From Podarcis cretensis (Eukaryota): a DNA stretch of 64,000 nucleotides. The notes beneath the pieces were generated by a model that did not search any database, was not told the DNA's origin, and saw only the letters and a program-made list of their open reading frames with translations. Below, one piece after another: positions 13,931-25,819 of the stretch (its first letter is position 1; each line of letters begins with the position of its first letter). The stretch covers positions 48,794,001-48,858,000 of the forward strand of contig OX638149.1 of NCBI GenBank assembly GCA_951804945.1, in the 5' to 3' direction. The position numbers and the translations under genes are program-made.

Positions 13931-15529
13931 CCCCGCCCTCGTTTTATTTATTTCTCCTCTTCAGCGTTAAATGGGCCAGGTTGTCAGAGGAGACAAGCTT
14001 CCGAATGCAAAATGTTATATACGCTAGAGAACAAGTTGGCAGTTGCGGTTTCTGTCGCCAGCCCCACCCTTTCCACAATATTGCCCTATCCTTTCTGTCC
14101 TCTCCATTTTCTCTTTTCAAGACAAAATAAAAAAATTCCTTCCAGTAGCACCTAAGGTGCTACTGGAAGGAATTTTTTTATTTTGTCTTGACTATGGCAG
14201 ACCAACAGGGCTACCTATCTGTAACATTTTCTCTTTTGCCACTTGGTATTCGTCCCTTTTATCGGATCAACCTGCATATCCATTCCACACCCATTTCCCC
14301 CCATTCTTTGCTCAAAACCCATCCTCACCCAGTGCCTGACTGGACTTAAGCTGTAGAAAGCCAAATCTCTGGTTAAATTATTTCCCCGCTTTATCAAATG
14401 AAAATTCCGAGTCTTGCAGCCCCTCCCCTATCTAAATAAACACTTTTTAGCATCCAGAAACACACTTTTGTGAGAGAAACCGCCAACACTAATAATTCCT
14501 GCTTTTGTCACTAATTTCCCAAAGAGGTGCAGCAAGAGGCCCTCTGAGGCGCTTTTCATACAGCATAGTTTTTAATGAGCTAAGAATGACAGTGTAAAAA
14601 AGAAACGATTCCAAAGAAATGGAAAATAACAGCAAGGAAAAACAAATACATAGACAGCACAAAGGAAACATGTGATACCACATGCCAAATATACCCCAAA
14701 AGGCCATGAAATCCTTCAAGTCCTGCTGCATCGATCTCTTAAGGAAGATGGGAAGTGTTAGATGAGAGTCAGATGACTGCATCATCTGGCTCACTATTTG
14801 TCTATAATGGTTGCCAGCAGCTCTCCAGAGTTGCAGGCAGGAGTTTTTCCTAGCTCAACCAGGAGATGCTAGGAATGAACCCAGGGACCTTCAGCATCCT
14901 TAATAAACTACAGCTCTGGGGGGAAATTGGGGAGACGCTACGACTGTTTAAAGTGGTATCATAGTGCTTTAAATGTATGGTGTGCATGAGGCCAATATTT
15001 TACATCCTAACAACTAAGCATACTCAGGGTTGTTTGTATTAAGCAGACTATGCAAGAATACCCATAAAGAACATACACCTGTATTTCATGTATTTCAAAC
15101 TTTCAAGAACAGTAGGCACACACAAAGTGCAAGTTTGATTCATATGGCTCAGTGAAAGCTAAGAGGACTCCTCCCATTGGCACTTTGCTTGTCCCTTAAT
15201 AATAAACACACTCCAAATGCAATTCAGCAGCCCTTTAGAAACCAGTCATTTCCTGCATTTTACACGTGTATTGCAAACATTAAAACATATGCTAAAAATG
15301 ACCAGGGTCAGGGAGGGAGAGGACAGGTTGCCTGTAAGTGCTGCCCTTTTAGCAGCCTTGATGACACAATGTCAGCCTGTGCACCTTCTAGGATAGCGTT
15401 AAATTCACAGGTTCCTGCTTAAAAAACACCCTGAGCCTTTAGAAATAAAATGAAAAAGTGTGTGTGTGTAGAAAACACACAATGTATAAGTATGCACAAA
15501 ATGGCAGGAAACATTTTGGTTGTGTATGT

Positions 15530-15621
15530 CGTCCAGAGTGGCTGGGGCAAGTGAGCCAGATGGGCAGGGTATTATTATTATTATTATTATTACTACTATT
15601 ATTATTATTATTATTATTATT
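15530..15621 (+). repeat. LINE (L2-type) 3' tail followed by (ATT)n microsatellite
   Basis: CCAGAGTGGCTGGGGCAA...CAGATGGGCAGGGTAT then (ATT)n; same tail at 20921 and 62207. Confidence 0.7.
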
Positions 15622-16073
15622 CCTGACTGAAGTATAACTAGCAATGACTAATGTAACACACAGGAAGCTTGCTTGTCTGAAAAAAGAAACAATGCACATA
15701 CTTTTGTAAACCAATAAAATCTTTAATTTAAAAAAGATTATATAAAAAAAGAAAACTTGCTTGAATTTGGTCCAAGGACATGACTACATGCTAGCTGTCA
15801 ACAACACATTACCTATTCAAAATGCTCTGTGTATAAACAGCATCTATTCAGAGGCAGGAAACAGCTGTATTATCCACTTACTAGATGATTTCTACTAAGA
15901 CAGGAAAGCAAAAGGTGAAAGAACTGCACAAGATTTCCCCTGCTCTTTGTAGCATACCCTCCAGCATTTCTCCAATGAAAATAAGGAAGTCCCATTCCAT
16001 AATGATAATTTTACTATTTATACCCCACACATCTCACTGGGTTGTCCCAGCCAAAACCCACTTCCCTATACAG

Positions 16074-16608
16074 CAGGGATGTCCAACTCCCAAGAGATTT
16101 CAATCTACTCCTGGAATAAAAAAAGTGGCAGTGATCTACCCATTTTTTGGGTGGGGGATCCGAAGTTGTTGATCTTTTTTTAGGGGGGCAGGCCAAAGTT
16201 GCTTTTTTAAAAAAGGGGGAGCAACACATAGTTTTCCTGCTTTTGGGGGGGGGCACGCCATAAATCGCTCACAAACCAATAGACACTCCACAGCTCTCAC
16301 CTATGACACGGCTTCGCAGGGAAGCAGGGGACGGATGCCAAGAACAGTCTAATGATGGCCGATGCCATGAGTAGACCTGCACTGCTGGGGATCCAAGAAG
16401 CCTCCTAATGGAGTGAACTTGCAGCAGCAAGTTCCTAAACACCAATTTACCAGGGTGCCAGTGGCCTAGCAACGACCGACTCACACCAGGTCAGGACGGC
16501 ACGCACACGGATGCTCTCTTTCCACCGTGAGCCAGCGATCCACCGCGATCTATCACAATCACCTGGGGGTCGACCTGTTGATCGCGGTTGACTGGTTGGA
16601 CATCCCTG
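16074..16608. mobile_element. Non-autonomous hAT element
   Basis: TIR CAGGGATGTCCAAC / GTTGGACATCCCTG; perfect 8-bp TSD CTATACAG (16066-16073, 16609-16616). Confidence 0.9.
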
Positions 16609-16706
16609 CTATACAGGATTGCCTTCAGACGGCTGGGGGGGGGGTAAGATAACTCCATACCCTCCAACATTTCTCCAATGAAAATAGGGACATCCTAAGG
16701 AAAAGT

Positions 16707-17076
16707 GACGCAGGGACGCAGGTGGCGCTGTGGGTTAAAGCCTCAGAGCCTAGGACTTGCCGATCGAAAGGTCGGCGGTTCGAATCCCTGCGGCGGGGTG
16801 CGCTCCCGCTGCTCGGTCCCAGCGCCTGCCAACCTAGCAGTTCGAAAGCACCTCCGGGTGCAAGTAGATAAATAGGGACCGCTTACCAGCGGGAAGGTAA
16901 ACGGCGTTTCCGTGTGCGGCTCTGGCTCGCCAGAGCAGCGATGTCACGCTGGCCACGTGACCCGGAAGTGTCTCCGGACAGCGCTGGCCCCTGGCCTCTT
17001 AAGTGAGATGGGCGCACAACCCCAGAGTCTGTCAAGACTGGCCCGTACGGGCAGGGGTACCTTTACCTTTTACCTT
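16707..17076 (+). mobile_element. Full-length young Sauria SINE
   Basis: GGGACGCAGGTGGCGCTGTGGG head, B box GGTTCGAATCC, (ACCTTT)n tail; TSD TAAGGAAAAGT (16696-16706, 17077-17087). Confidence 0.95.
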
Positions 17077-17185
17077 TAAGGAAAAGTAGGACATTCTGGA
17101 ATCAAATCAGAAATCGGGGCAGCTTCTCTAAATCAGGGACGTCCTTGGAAAATAGGGACACTTGGAGGGTCTGTTGTAAGCAGTA

Positions 17186-17593
17186 CAGTGGTACCTCGGG
17201 TTACATATGCTTCAAGTTACATACGCTTCAGGGTACAGACTCCACTAACCCAGAAATATTACCTCAGGTTGAGAACTTTGCTTCAGGATGAGAACAGAAC
17301 TAGTGCGCCGACGGCGTGGCAGCAGCGGGAGGCCCCATTAGCTAAAGTGGTGCTTCAGGTTAAGCAGTGGCGTAGCGTGGGGGGTGCAGGGGGGGCCGGC
17401 CACACCGGGCGCAACATCTGGGGGTTAGGGAAATCCACGGGTTAGGGGGCGCAAATCCATGCGTTAGGGGGCGCAAATTACTTGCCTTGCCCCGGGTGCT
17501 GATAACCCACGCTACGCCACTGAGGTTAAGAACAGTTTCAGGTTAAGAACGGACCTCTGGAACGAATTAAGTACTTAACCCGAGGTACCACTG
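17186..17593. mobile_element. Tc1/mariner-type MITE with nested hAT MITE
   Basis: TIR CAGTGGTACCTCGGGTTA / TAACCCGAGGTACCACTG flanked by TA on both sides; family members at 24567 and 55219. Confidence 0.9.
17365..17522. mobile_element. hAT MITE nested in the Tc1 MITE
   Basis: TIR CAGTGGCGTAGCGTGGG / CCCACGCTACGCCACTG; perfect 8-bp TSD AGGTTAAG (17357-17364, 17523-17530). Confidence 0.9.
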
Positions 17594-18066
17594 TATATGC
17601 TTTAGTTTGATTTGTGTCTTCTTTCTGCAACAAGAAGCAAAAACGCAGAGGAGAGGACTGCAGGGGGTCTCTCTACCACATGTAGAGACTCCCTAGGTTT
17701 TGCAGGGAAAACGGGGGTGTCAAAACTACCTCCTGCCTCACATCCAAAACCATCCAAGGCTGACAGCTGGATGTGCACGCCGCCCTCATGCTGCCAGGAA
17801 GGGAACCATGGCAGCGGAGAGATGCACAGGCAGAAGCTGTCAGCCAGCTGGCACTGGGAGTTAGGCTGAAGGAAAGCAATGAAGCAGACAAGCACTTGCT
17901 TCCCTCTAGCTTGGGGCCTAATGGGGAAAAAAGGACCTGGCTGTGGAAAATAAACAGCTTCCTATCTTGCAAGCCTAAATTCCCACCCAAACAGACCCTT
18001 TAATGTTCATCAATGTTTTCAGACCTGGAACCCAACTGTAATTCAAACATACATTTGGGGGCCCAT

Positions 18067-18067
<1 letters not shown>

Positions 18068-18128
<61 letters not shown>

Positions 18129-18140
18129 TGTGTGTGTGTG
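18068..18140. repeat. Compound (CT)n(GT)n microsatellite
   Basis: Read directly from sequence. Confidence 0.9.
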
Positions 18141-18393
18141 TACCATATATTTGAATGGTGGTAGTGCTGCTGTTTTGACCCACCTTAGCTCAGGCCACAA
18201 CCCTGTACTGGCTCGCAACACACCTGCCGGAGACCAATGCATTAAGCTGTGAAATGAGGCCTGCCATTTTAGAGTTTAAAGGTTCATGGGGTGTGTGGTG
18301 AGGTGCAGTGGGGGTGGGGAAATTGGTCATGGAGGGCCTGCTTGAAGATTCACATTCAGAACAACCTGTCAATAATGATGTCAGTTGATTGGC

Positions 18394-18784
18394 AAGATGC
18401 GAGTGGTGATGTGGTCTAAACCACTGAGCCTCTTAGGCTTGCTGATTGGAAGGTCAGCAGTTCAAATCTGCATGACAGAGTCAGCTCCTGTTGCTCTGTT
18501 CCAGCTTCTGCCAACCTAGCAGTTTGAAAGCACACTAGTGCAAGTAGATAAACAGGTGCTGCTGCGACGGGAAGGTAAATGGCATTTCTGTGTTCTCTGG
18601 CACTTGTCACAGTGTCCCTTTGTGCCAGAAATGGTTTAGTCATGCTGGCCACATGACCCAGAAAACTCTCTGTGGACAAACACTGACTCCCTTGGCCTGA
18701 AAAGCAAGATGAGCACTGCACCCCATAGATGCTTTTGATAATAATAACAACCGTTCAGGGGTCCTTTACCTTTACCTTTTTACC
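18394..18784 (+). mobile_element. Older, CpG-decayed Sauria SINE
   Basis: Collinear with the young copies (GCCAACCTAGCAGTTTGAAAGCA, GTGCAAGTAGATAAA, GGGAAGGTAAA) and ends in ACCTTT repeats. Confidence 0.85.
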
Positions 18785-19061
18785 AGTTGATTGGCAGGTG
18801 TGTTGTCCTGGCCACCTGACAAAGTTGGCCCATGATCTGGCCCACCCTACCCAAAAGGTTCCTGAAAGTTTTCACAATGCCCCAAGGCCTTCTGAGGAAC
18901 AAAAGAGAGCCTTTGGCTCTGATGGATTCTGAGTAACTCACCACTCCTATATTCTCTGCCCATTCCCATAAGCAGTGGCAAGATTTAAAAAAAAAAAAAT
19001 GGCAAAAGGCTAAACACATGCTATATGTACAGAAGAATATGAGAAAATAAGAAGAGCCTTG

Positions 19062-19426
19062 AGGGGATGCAGGTGGCGCTGTGGGTTAAAGCCTCAGCGC
19101 CTAGGGCTTGCCGATCGAAAGGTCGCCGGTTCGAATCCCTGCGGCGGGGTGCGCTCCCGCTGCTCGGTCCCAGCGCCTGCCAACCTAGCAGTTCGAAAGC
19201 ACCTCCGGGTGCAAGTAGATAAATAGGGACCGCTTACCAGCGGGAAGGTAAACGGCGTTTCCGTGTGCGGCTCTGGCTCGCCAGAGCAGCGATGTCACGC
19301 TGGCCACGTGACCCGGAAGTGTCTCCGGACAGCGCTGGCCCCTGGCCTCTTAAGTGAGATGGGCGCACAACCCCAGAGTCTGTCAAGACTGGCCCGTACG
19401 GGCAGGGGTACCTTTACCTTTACCTT
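19062..19426 (+). mobile_element. Full-length young Sauria SINE
   Basis: Nearly identical to 16707-17076; TSD TAAGAAGAGCCTTG (19048-19061, 19427-19440); inserted into an older CR1-type tail. Confidence 0.95.
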
Positions 19427-20543
19427 TAAGAAGAGCCTTGCTGAGTCAGGCCAAAGGTCTATTGAATCCAGCATGCCATTCTCCCTGTGGCCTCAGGGAA
19501 TCCCACAAACAGGAACTGAATGCAACAGCACTCCTCCCAGAAACTGGTATTCAGAGACATCCCTGAAATTGTAGTCAGTGTTTCAGATGGAAATCAGATT
19601 AAAATCTGAGGTTTCCCCCCACCCCCAACTGCTTAACCTGATCCAGGAAGCAATTTCATGGGCGTCAACTGTGCAAAAGTTCTACCAACCATGCCAATCC
19701 CGCTTTGTCAATACACCTTCTATTTTTAGCAAATATAGACTAATATAAACATTTAGCCTTTTCAGATCTTGGTGTGGGAAAAGGCACACTGCTTGCGGAG
19801 TGTTCTCAAAGCCTTGGAAGTAATTGCTATAGTTGGCTCTTGAGCTTTCCTCCTAGATGAATGGTATTGCCATTCATTACAACCAAAAGAAACTTTAATG
19901 CAATGCATGACAATGACAGTGCGTTCTAACAAAGTACTAATGTGGTGACACACACAGTAATGCCATTTGTTCAAGGTCTCACCATGAGTTTCTTATTTTG
20001 GAGCTCCTCAGGTGGCAAACCTATTCGCCTTTCAGCCCTTGTTCAATTGTTTGAAAGTTGGTTGATTGAAAAATTAAAAATAAAGAAACTAATATCTGAT
20101 CAGTGAGTGCCCTCTAGTGATGAAAAATATTTAAATCCTCTGCCTATAGATTGGAAATCCCCTATGACGTCTGCCTGTTTACAGTTTCTAAGCACCGCCC
20201 TTTAAACCCAAATGTGAAATCTTATCTGGATCTGAATCAGTGTAAAATCTGTGTTTCTTCCTCCAAAATTAAGCACAATGCAAGCTGGGCTGAGCAATCT
20301 TATATTCATATTAACCCAGCACAGGAGATATGCCACCACTGCACTGGTAGAACGGCCGCTATATCCAATCCATGCTCAGTCCAGGGCAAGAGGAAAACAC
20401 CCTAGCAGAAAATGCAGAAGCCAATCAGGAACTATACTGGCAATAATGCCCACAAGCTGCCTATGCAGGGACAGACAATGAACTCATGACAATAAGAACA
20501 TAGCATGACTAGTGGCTGTTGCATGTGCTGAGGTGCTGGAGTC

Positions 20544-20876
20544 TGTCAGGGTTGGTTCAGCATGAAGACTCAGGGATGAATAATAAAGTTAATTCTTTAT
20601 TCAAGGCAATAGAACACACACAAACTTACGGCAGACCCTCCAAGTGTCTCTATTTTGCAGGGACATTCCCAGATTTACAGAAGCCATCCCAATTTCTGAT
20701 TTGATCCTGAAATGTCCCGCTTTTCCTTAGAATGTCCGTATTCTCATCCGAGAAATATTGGAGGGTATGGTAGGATTTTCATCAGAAAAATGTTGGAGAG
20801 TAAGGAGTTATCTGACCTCAAGCCACCTGAAGGCAGCCCTGTATAGGAAAGGTTTTTATAAAATGTTTAATATGTA

Positions 20877-20918
<42 letters not shown>

Positions 20919-21478
20919 GTTGGAAGCCACCCAGAGTGGCTGGGCAACCCAGTCAGATGGGTGGGATATAAATAGTAAAATTATGATTATGATGGACATC
21001 CCTATTTGGAGGGATGTTGGAGGGTATGCTACTAGGGTATGACTGGCCCTAGTGAAGACATTCACAGAACTAGAGTTCTGGATCTCCCACTTCCTCCTAA
21101 GCCTCCTCCCCACCCGTGTGTCTTCCCAGCAGTCTTAAACTCCGCTGGAGAGGGGCTCTCTGAGCTCTCTGCTCTGTAGCATGCAACACCCTCTGAGTCC
21201 TCCTCAGAGACAAGCGGGGAGGAGAGCTAAACACAGTAGGCCCTGCCTGCTCCTGTGAATCTGTCTCAGCTTTACCCCCCACCTCCTCCTCAGCTTCCTG
21301 TTCTATGTCTGCAGTGTTCTCCTTCTCTCTCTCACTCAAGCCTGTTTCTTGTTCAGCATCCCCCCATTCCTCCTCTGTCTTCATTGTCCCACTACCACTC
21401 TCCCAGCTCAGAGCTCTTCTCTTCTGAGGCTTCCCTGGGGTCTTCGGGTCTTCCTCACCATTCAGCCAGTCCCTGACA
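20544..21478 (-). mobile_element. Solo LTR (probably Gypsy), interrupted by a compound MITE
   Basis: Ends TGTCAGGG...CCCTGACA; imperfect 5-bp TSD GAGTC/GTGTC; AATAAA on the - strand near 20596; purine-rich body like the LTRs at 55723 and 57589. Confidence 0.65.
20632..21028 (-). mobile_element. Compound MITE, same family as 15953-17173, containing an L2-type tail and (TTA)n
   Basis: Ends CAGACCCTCCAA...TTGGAGGGTATG; collinear in reverse with 15953-17173. Confidence 0.7.
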
Positions 21479-22491
21479 GTGTCCTCATCACCCTGAGTTC
21501 ATAGGCTCTTTCTCTATGGACAACATATGAGCATTATCATCATTTGAGTCCATGGTGGGTTGCCACTAGTGGTGTATCGTGGGTTGCCAGGGTCATGTCT
21601 GCCCCTTTTATACCATTTTTGTATTTTCTGGTTGTGTACTTTGCCCTTCCTTCCTATAAGCTTGTCCAGGATATTGTGGCCATTCAGCCAACAGCACTAT
21701 CTTCTCTCAAAGCATAATTATAGTTATGAGTTGCTCTGCAAATTACTTCCTTCCTGTCAACATTGAACGTGAGCTTTCAGAGTAGCTTTTATTGTTGTCT
21801 AATCCAAGAATGGGGAATGTGTGGCCCTCCAGCTCCTAAACTGTGACACTCCTTTCTTCACATGGCAACTATATTTTCTGTGCTCTATGATTTTACACAC
21901 TGCTGCAGAAACTGTCAGTTTCAATTCGAACTGTAAAGTCTTTCACTTCCAGCCATTTTTGAAATTATGTTAATAAGGCAGATGTTTCTGTTTGTTTACT
22001 TTGCCTTGTAATTAGAAGAGAACGCTTTAAAAGTATGTGTCAAGACAACATTTTTTTCTGTTGGTATAAACTATATTCTCTGTGTCCAGGGGTTTGCTGT
22101 GGGGCTGTTTTTGTTTTTTTGGTCTGGTTAACCCACATATAGCAATTGAAAGGACCCAGGAAAGAGGAAATCTCCAATTAACATCAATGCAAACCTTAAT
22201 GCATGCTAATTTCAAGGGCAGCTCATTTAAACCACGGTCAGCTGATTTCTGTATTTCTACAGGATTAACTCTTCAACATCTGGCACCGAGGCTTGTTCCA
22301 AACATTATCATAGTTCAAAAGCTTTTCTTCTAGCAATCTCCAATGCTGGCAACAATCCCAGATATGTGGCATGAAAATGAAGCATCGATGTGGTATACGC
22401 ATGCGTGTGCACACAGACAAGCATGCCAGCCAAAGTAAGTGATCCTACAAACCGTCCTACACAAACCACACTGGACTAATAGATTCTATGC

Positions 22492-22628
22492 CAGGCTTCC
22501 TCAGCCTCGGCCCTCCAGATGTTTTTGGCCTACAACTCCCATGATCCCTAGCTAGCAGGACCAGTGGTCAGGGATGATGGGAATTGTAGTCTCAAAAACA
22601 TCTGGAGGGCCAAAGTTGAAGAAGCCTG
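22492..22628. mobile_element. Short palindromic hAT MITE
   Basis: TIR CAGGCTTC..GGCCCTCCAGATGTTTTTG / CAAAAACATCTGGAGGGCC..GAAGCCTG; perfect TSD TTCTATGC. Confidence 0.9.
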
Positions 22629-24566
22629 TTCTATGCAAATGCTGACAAGTCAAAATTGACTTTCTTGTGACTTTAAAATATCTAACATTTCAGGAAAATA
22701 TTAGATTTTGGAAGCTTCCCCATGGCAAGCTCAGTATGTGCCTCTTGTTCTTAGCATGTGAATGACAAAATCAGCAGCAGGCAATTTTGTTTTATCCTCG
22801 ATTTTTCAAAAGCCAATCCACAGACCCCCTACCTTTGAAAATTTTGATAACTCTATGGTGGTTACCTGTGCAAAGCAATTTTTTTGAAAAAAATGTGGGG
22901 TAGCCCCTAATGAGCAAGGGATTTTAGGCATACTAAAAAACAGACTAGGGCTGAGTGATATATCATGATGTTGGAAAACAGATATCAGCAGCTAAACATT
23001 GCGATGATCTGATATATCACGATGTCTTAAATTTGAGATCAGGTGTGGGGATGAGGGAAGAAGTAGCCTCAGAGATCGAAGGTAGTGCCATGGAGTCTTG
23101 AAGTGAGGGTAATCAGCTCTGTTTTCCCTCAGCTTGAAGGAAGGCAGCTCAGATCAGCAGTGTTTATCAGCCGAGATCAGAGGTGCCTTGAAATCGGCTG
23201 CCCTGCTCTACCTCACACAAGGAGCAATATATTGCCGCATATTGCCAGGTCAAAATCATTATCACAGTGTGATTTAAAAAGCGAGTTTGGTCAATATATT
23301 GAAAAAATTGCACAGTGCTGAAACAAGACAATTGAATCTGTGATGTTACCATGCAAAAATGACAAAAAAATTAGTTGTGGGGAGGCAAGGGATGGGGCCG
23401 CGGACCCCCTGGGTGTGTTTTCTGGACCCCTAATTGGGAACCACTTCTTTAACTAACAGCCAGATCCTACTTACGTTTCCTTGAAAGTGCAGCTGTGCTC
23501 ACTGAGACTTATTCATAGTAAATATGCTTAGGATTTCATCATGTGTGAATGAAGAGAGCTGGGGATAAGAACACAAGAACCACCTGCTGGATCAGGCCAA
23601 TAGCCCATCTAATCTAGCATGCTGTTCTCACAGGGGCCAACCAGATACATTTCACTCATCTCAAGGAGACACATGGCCAGTTCCCTAATTGGAACCACAT
23701 TTTTCGGCTGCGATGTTATGGGGCCCATCATCAGACCCAAGGTCCTGAAAAGTTGTTGGACTCCAACTCCCATCAGCCCCAGGCAGTACGACCGATGGTC
23801 AGGGATGTCAGGATTTCTTTTCCAACAAAATCTGGAGGGCCAAAGCTTTCCCAATGCTGTTTCATATTGCATTTTAATTGTTATATGTGTTTTGCAGGCT
23901 GCCCAGAGAACTTATGTTAAGGGGCAGTTATGTAGATCCAGTTGAGAACAAGAAATAAATCTTAGCATCCATTTGCAACATCAAAATGGCTCAAAGTTGC
24001 GTTGCCCCAACTTGTGTTGCCCAGGCGTTTCTGGCAGCACAGAGAGTGGGCATGTTGCAGGGCAGATCTTCATGAAGCCAAGGGCAGCCTGTGTATGTAG
24101 GAAATATCATGCTCAATATTTCTCTGATCAGTTTGAGGTTATTACTGAATGTTCTCTACTGCATCTTATAACGATAAAACCCAGACTGTTTTATTGCCTG
24201 TGATCAGAGGGGAGATACTGTTGCTTTATGTTCGGAGCACCATCAACTTTTGCACCTTCTCTCACGAACCTTGCAAGAATAGAGGAAACTGCCCAGAGCA
24301 AGCAGGTTAACCACTCCTTGGAGGAACAGCTGGGTGCACCCAGGTGACTGTTGCTGGGCCACTCTTCACGTTATCACAGAACAAGTGGTGGGATGGATCC
24401 TGTACCTGGGGGAGAGCAGTCTATGATGAGCAGAGACAGACTCACAGTGAGCGATGAGCAATAGTCAGCAGCTGGAGCAGATGGTTCCTGGACTTAGAAA
24501 CATAGAAGGTGTTGTGAGGAGGTGAGAGGGAAGAGGGAATGGTACCAAATGGGTGCTCTGTCAGTA

Positions 24567-24772
24567 CAGTGGTACCTCGGGTTAAGTACTTAATTCATTC
24601 CGGAGATCCGTTCTTAACCTGAAACTGTTCTTAACCTGAAGCACCACTTTAGCTAATGGGGCCTCCTGCTGCTGCCGCGCCGCCAGAGCACAATTTCTGT
24701 TCTCATCTTGAAGCAAAGTTCTTAACCTGAAGCGTATGTAACCTGAAGCGTATGTAACCCGAGGTACCACTG
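24567..24772. mobile_element. Tc1/mariner-type MITE
   Basis: TIR CAGTGGTACCTCGGGTTA, TA TSD; opposite orientation to the 17186 copy. Confidence 0.9.
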
Positions 24773-25819
24773 TACCACTATTGGGGCTTGGGGAGAAATC
24801 ATAGAAACTGTGATTATAGTCCTCCTCCCCCCGCCCCCGTTGGGGTTGTAGTGAAACTGTGTGCAAAGTGGTTGTCTGTTTTGTGCATTCAAGCTGTGAG
24901 CAGAGGCAGATATAGGGGAGAGCGACCAGTTAGCCTGCACTGGGCACAGAGCCAAAAGGGTCTCGCAGGGACCCTTGTTGTTTGCCAGCAACAATGGCAA
25001 ACAAAGCAAGAGGCGGGGAAGGGGGAGTGAACTGAATTTTGGTGTTGTACCAAATTTTAAAGCCCAAAGTTGTCCACTGCTGTGAGATGCTTACCTGCAT
25101 TTATCCAGTTGTGACATTGGTTAGAGTGTCCTTTGCCAACAGAGGGAGCCTGTTGGGAGCAAATGTTACAGCAATATGGTCAAACAAGATGTAGTCTTGC
25201 TGTATGTAGGAGAATGGAGAAAGGGAGTGAGACATGAGAACAACAGTTATATATTCCAGCATGTTTGCCCCTTCCCTTGCTTAATTGTATGGGGTGGCCT
25301 ATCCTAGAACCCCCAGTTGCTTGAATTGAGTTTTGTATTGGGTATTTGGGGTTTCACACACAACAATCCCTTTCTCACTTTTCCCCATCACCAAGTCCCC
25401 CCGCTCCCTGCACAAATTCTAAGTGTGCACAGCAGCACCAGGCCACAAAGATATAGTCCACGTGCTACATGCCCTATCATCTGAGCTGCGGTCTCCCCAC
25501 CCCTGCCATCATCTGCAATGTGGATAGTGCTGCTGGCCAACCTTACAAAGCTGTTGTAAGGATTATGGAGATACCACGTATGAAGGTTTTCACAAAAGGG
25601 ATTTTTCACATTTATTTATTTTAATAGCTTTTCTCCAAGAAAGGTTCTCAAAGTGCATGGCTACAAATAAGACAGTCCTTGTCCCTGCCTACAGGACACA
25701 AAAGGAAAACAGATTGGGAGGGAGGAGGAAATAAACAAACTCAGGTATAAGTTCTTACCTACTGAAATCCTAGTGATGTCCAACCTTAGTCATACTCAGA
25801 GAGCCACTGTTGGCTATCA

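Larger units (their letters stand above)
15953..17173 (+). mobile_element. Compound MITE (ends CATACCCTCC...GGAGGGTCTG) interrupted by a hAT element and a Sauria SINE
   Basis: With the two inserts removed it is collinear with the reverse complement of 20632-21028; internal second CATACCCTCCAACA end near 16656. Confidence 0.7.

Noticed and set aside
12330-14155. Many overlapping 70-205 aa ORFs in the first CpG island (and likewise at 25.8-27.1 kb)
   Set aside because: Low-complexity P/R/G/A products expected from stop-poor GC-rich DNA; no recognisable domains
16971-16986. REST/NRSE half-site GGACAGCGC in the young Sauria SINEs
   Set aside because: Only the right half-site is present and it is part of the SINE body
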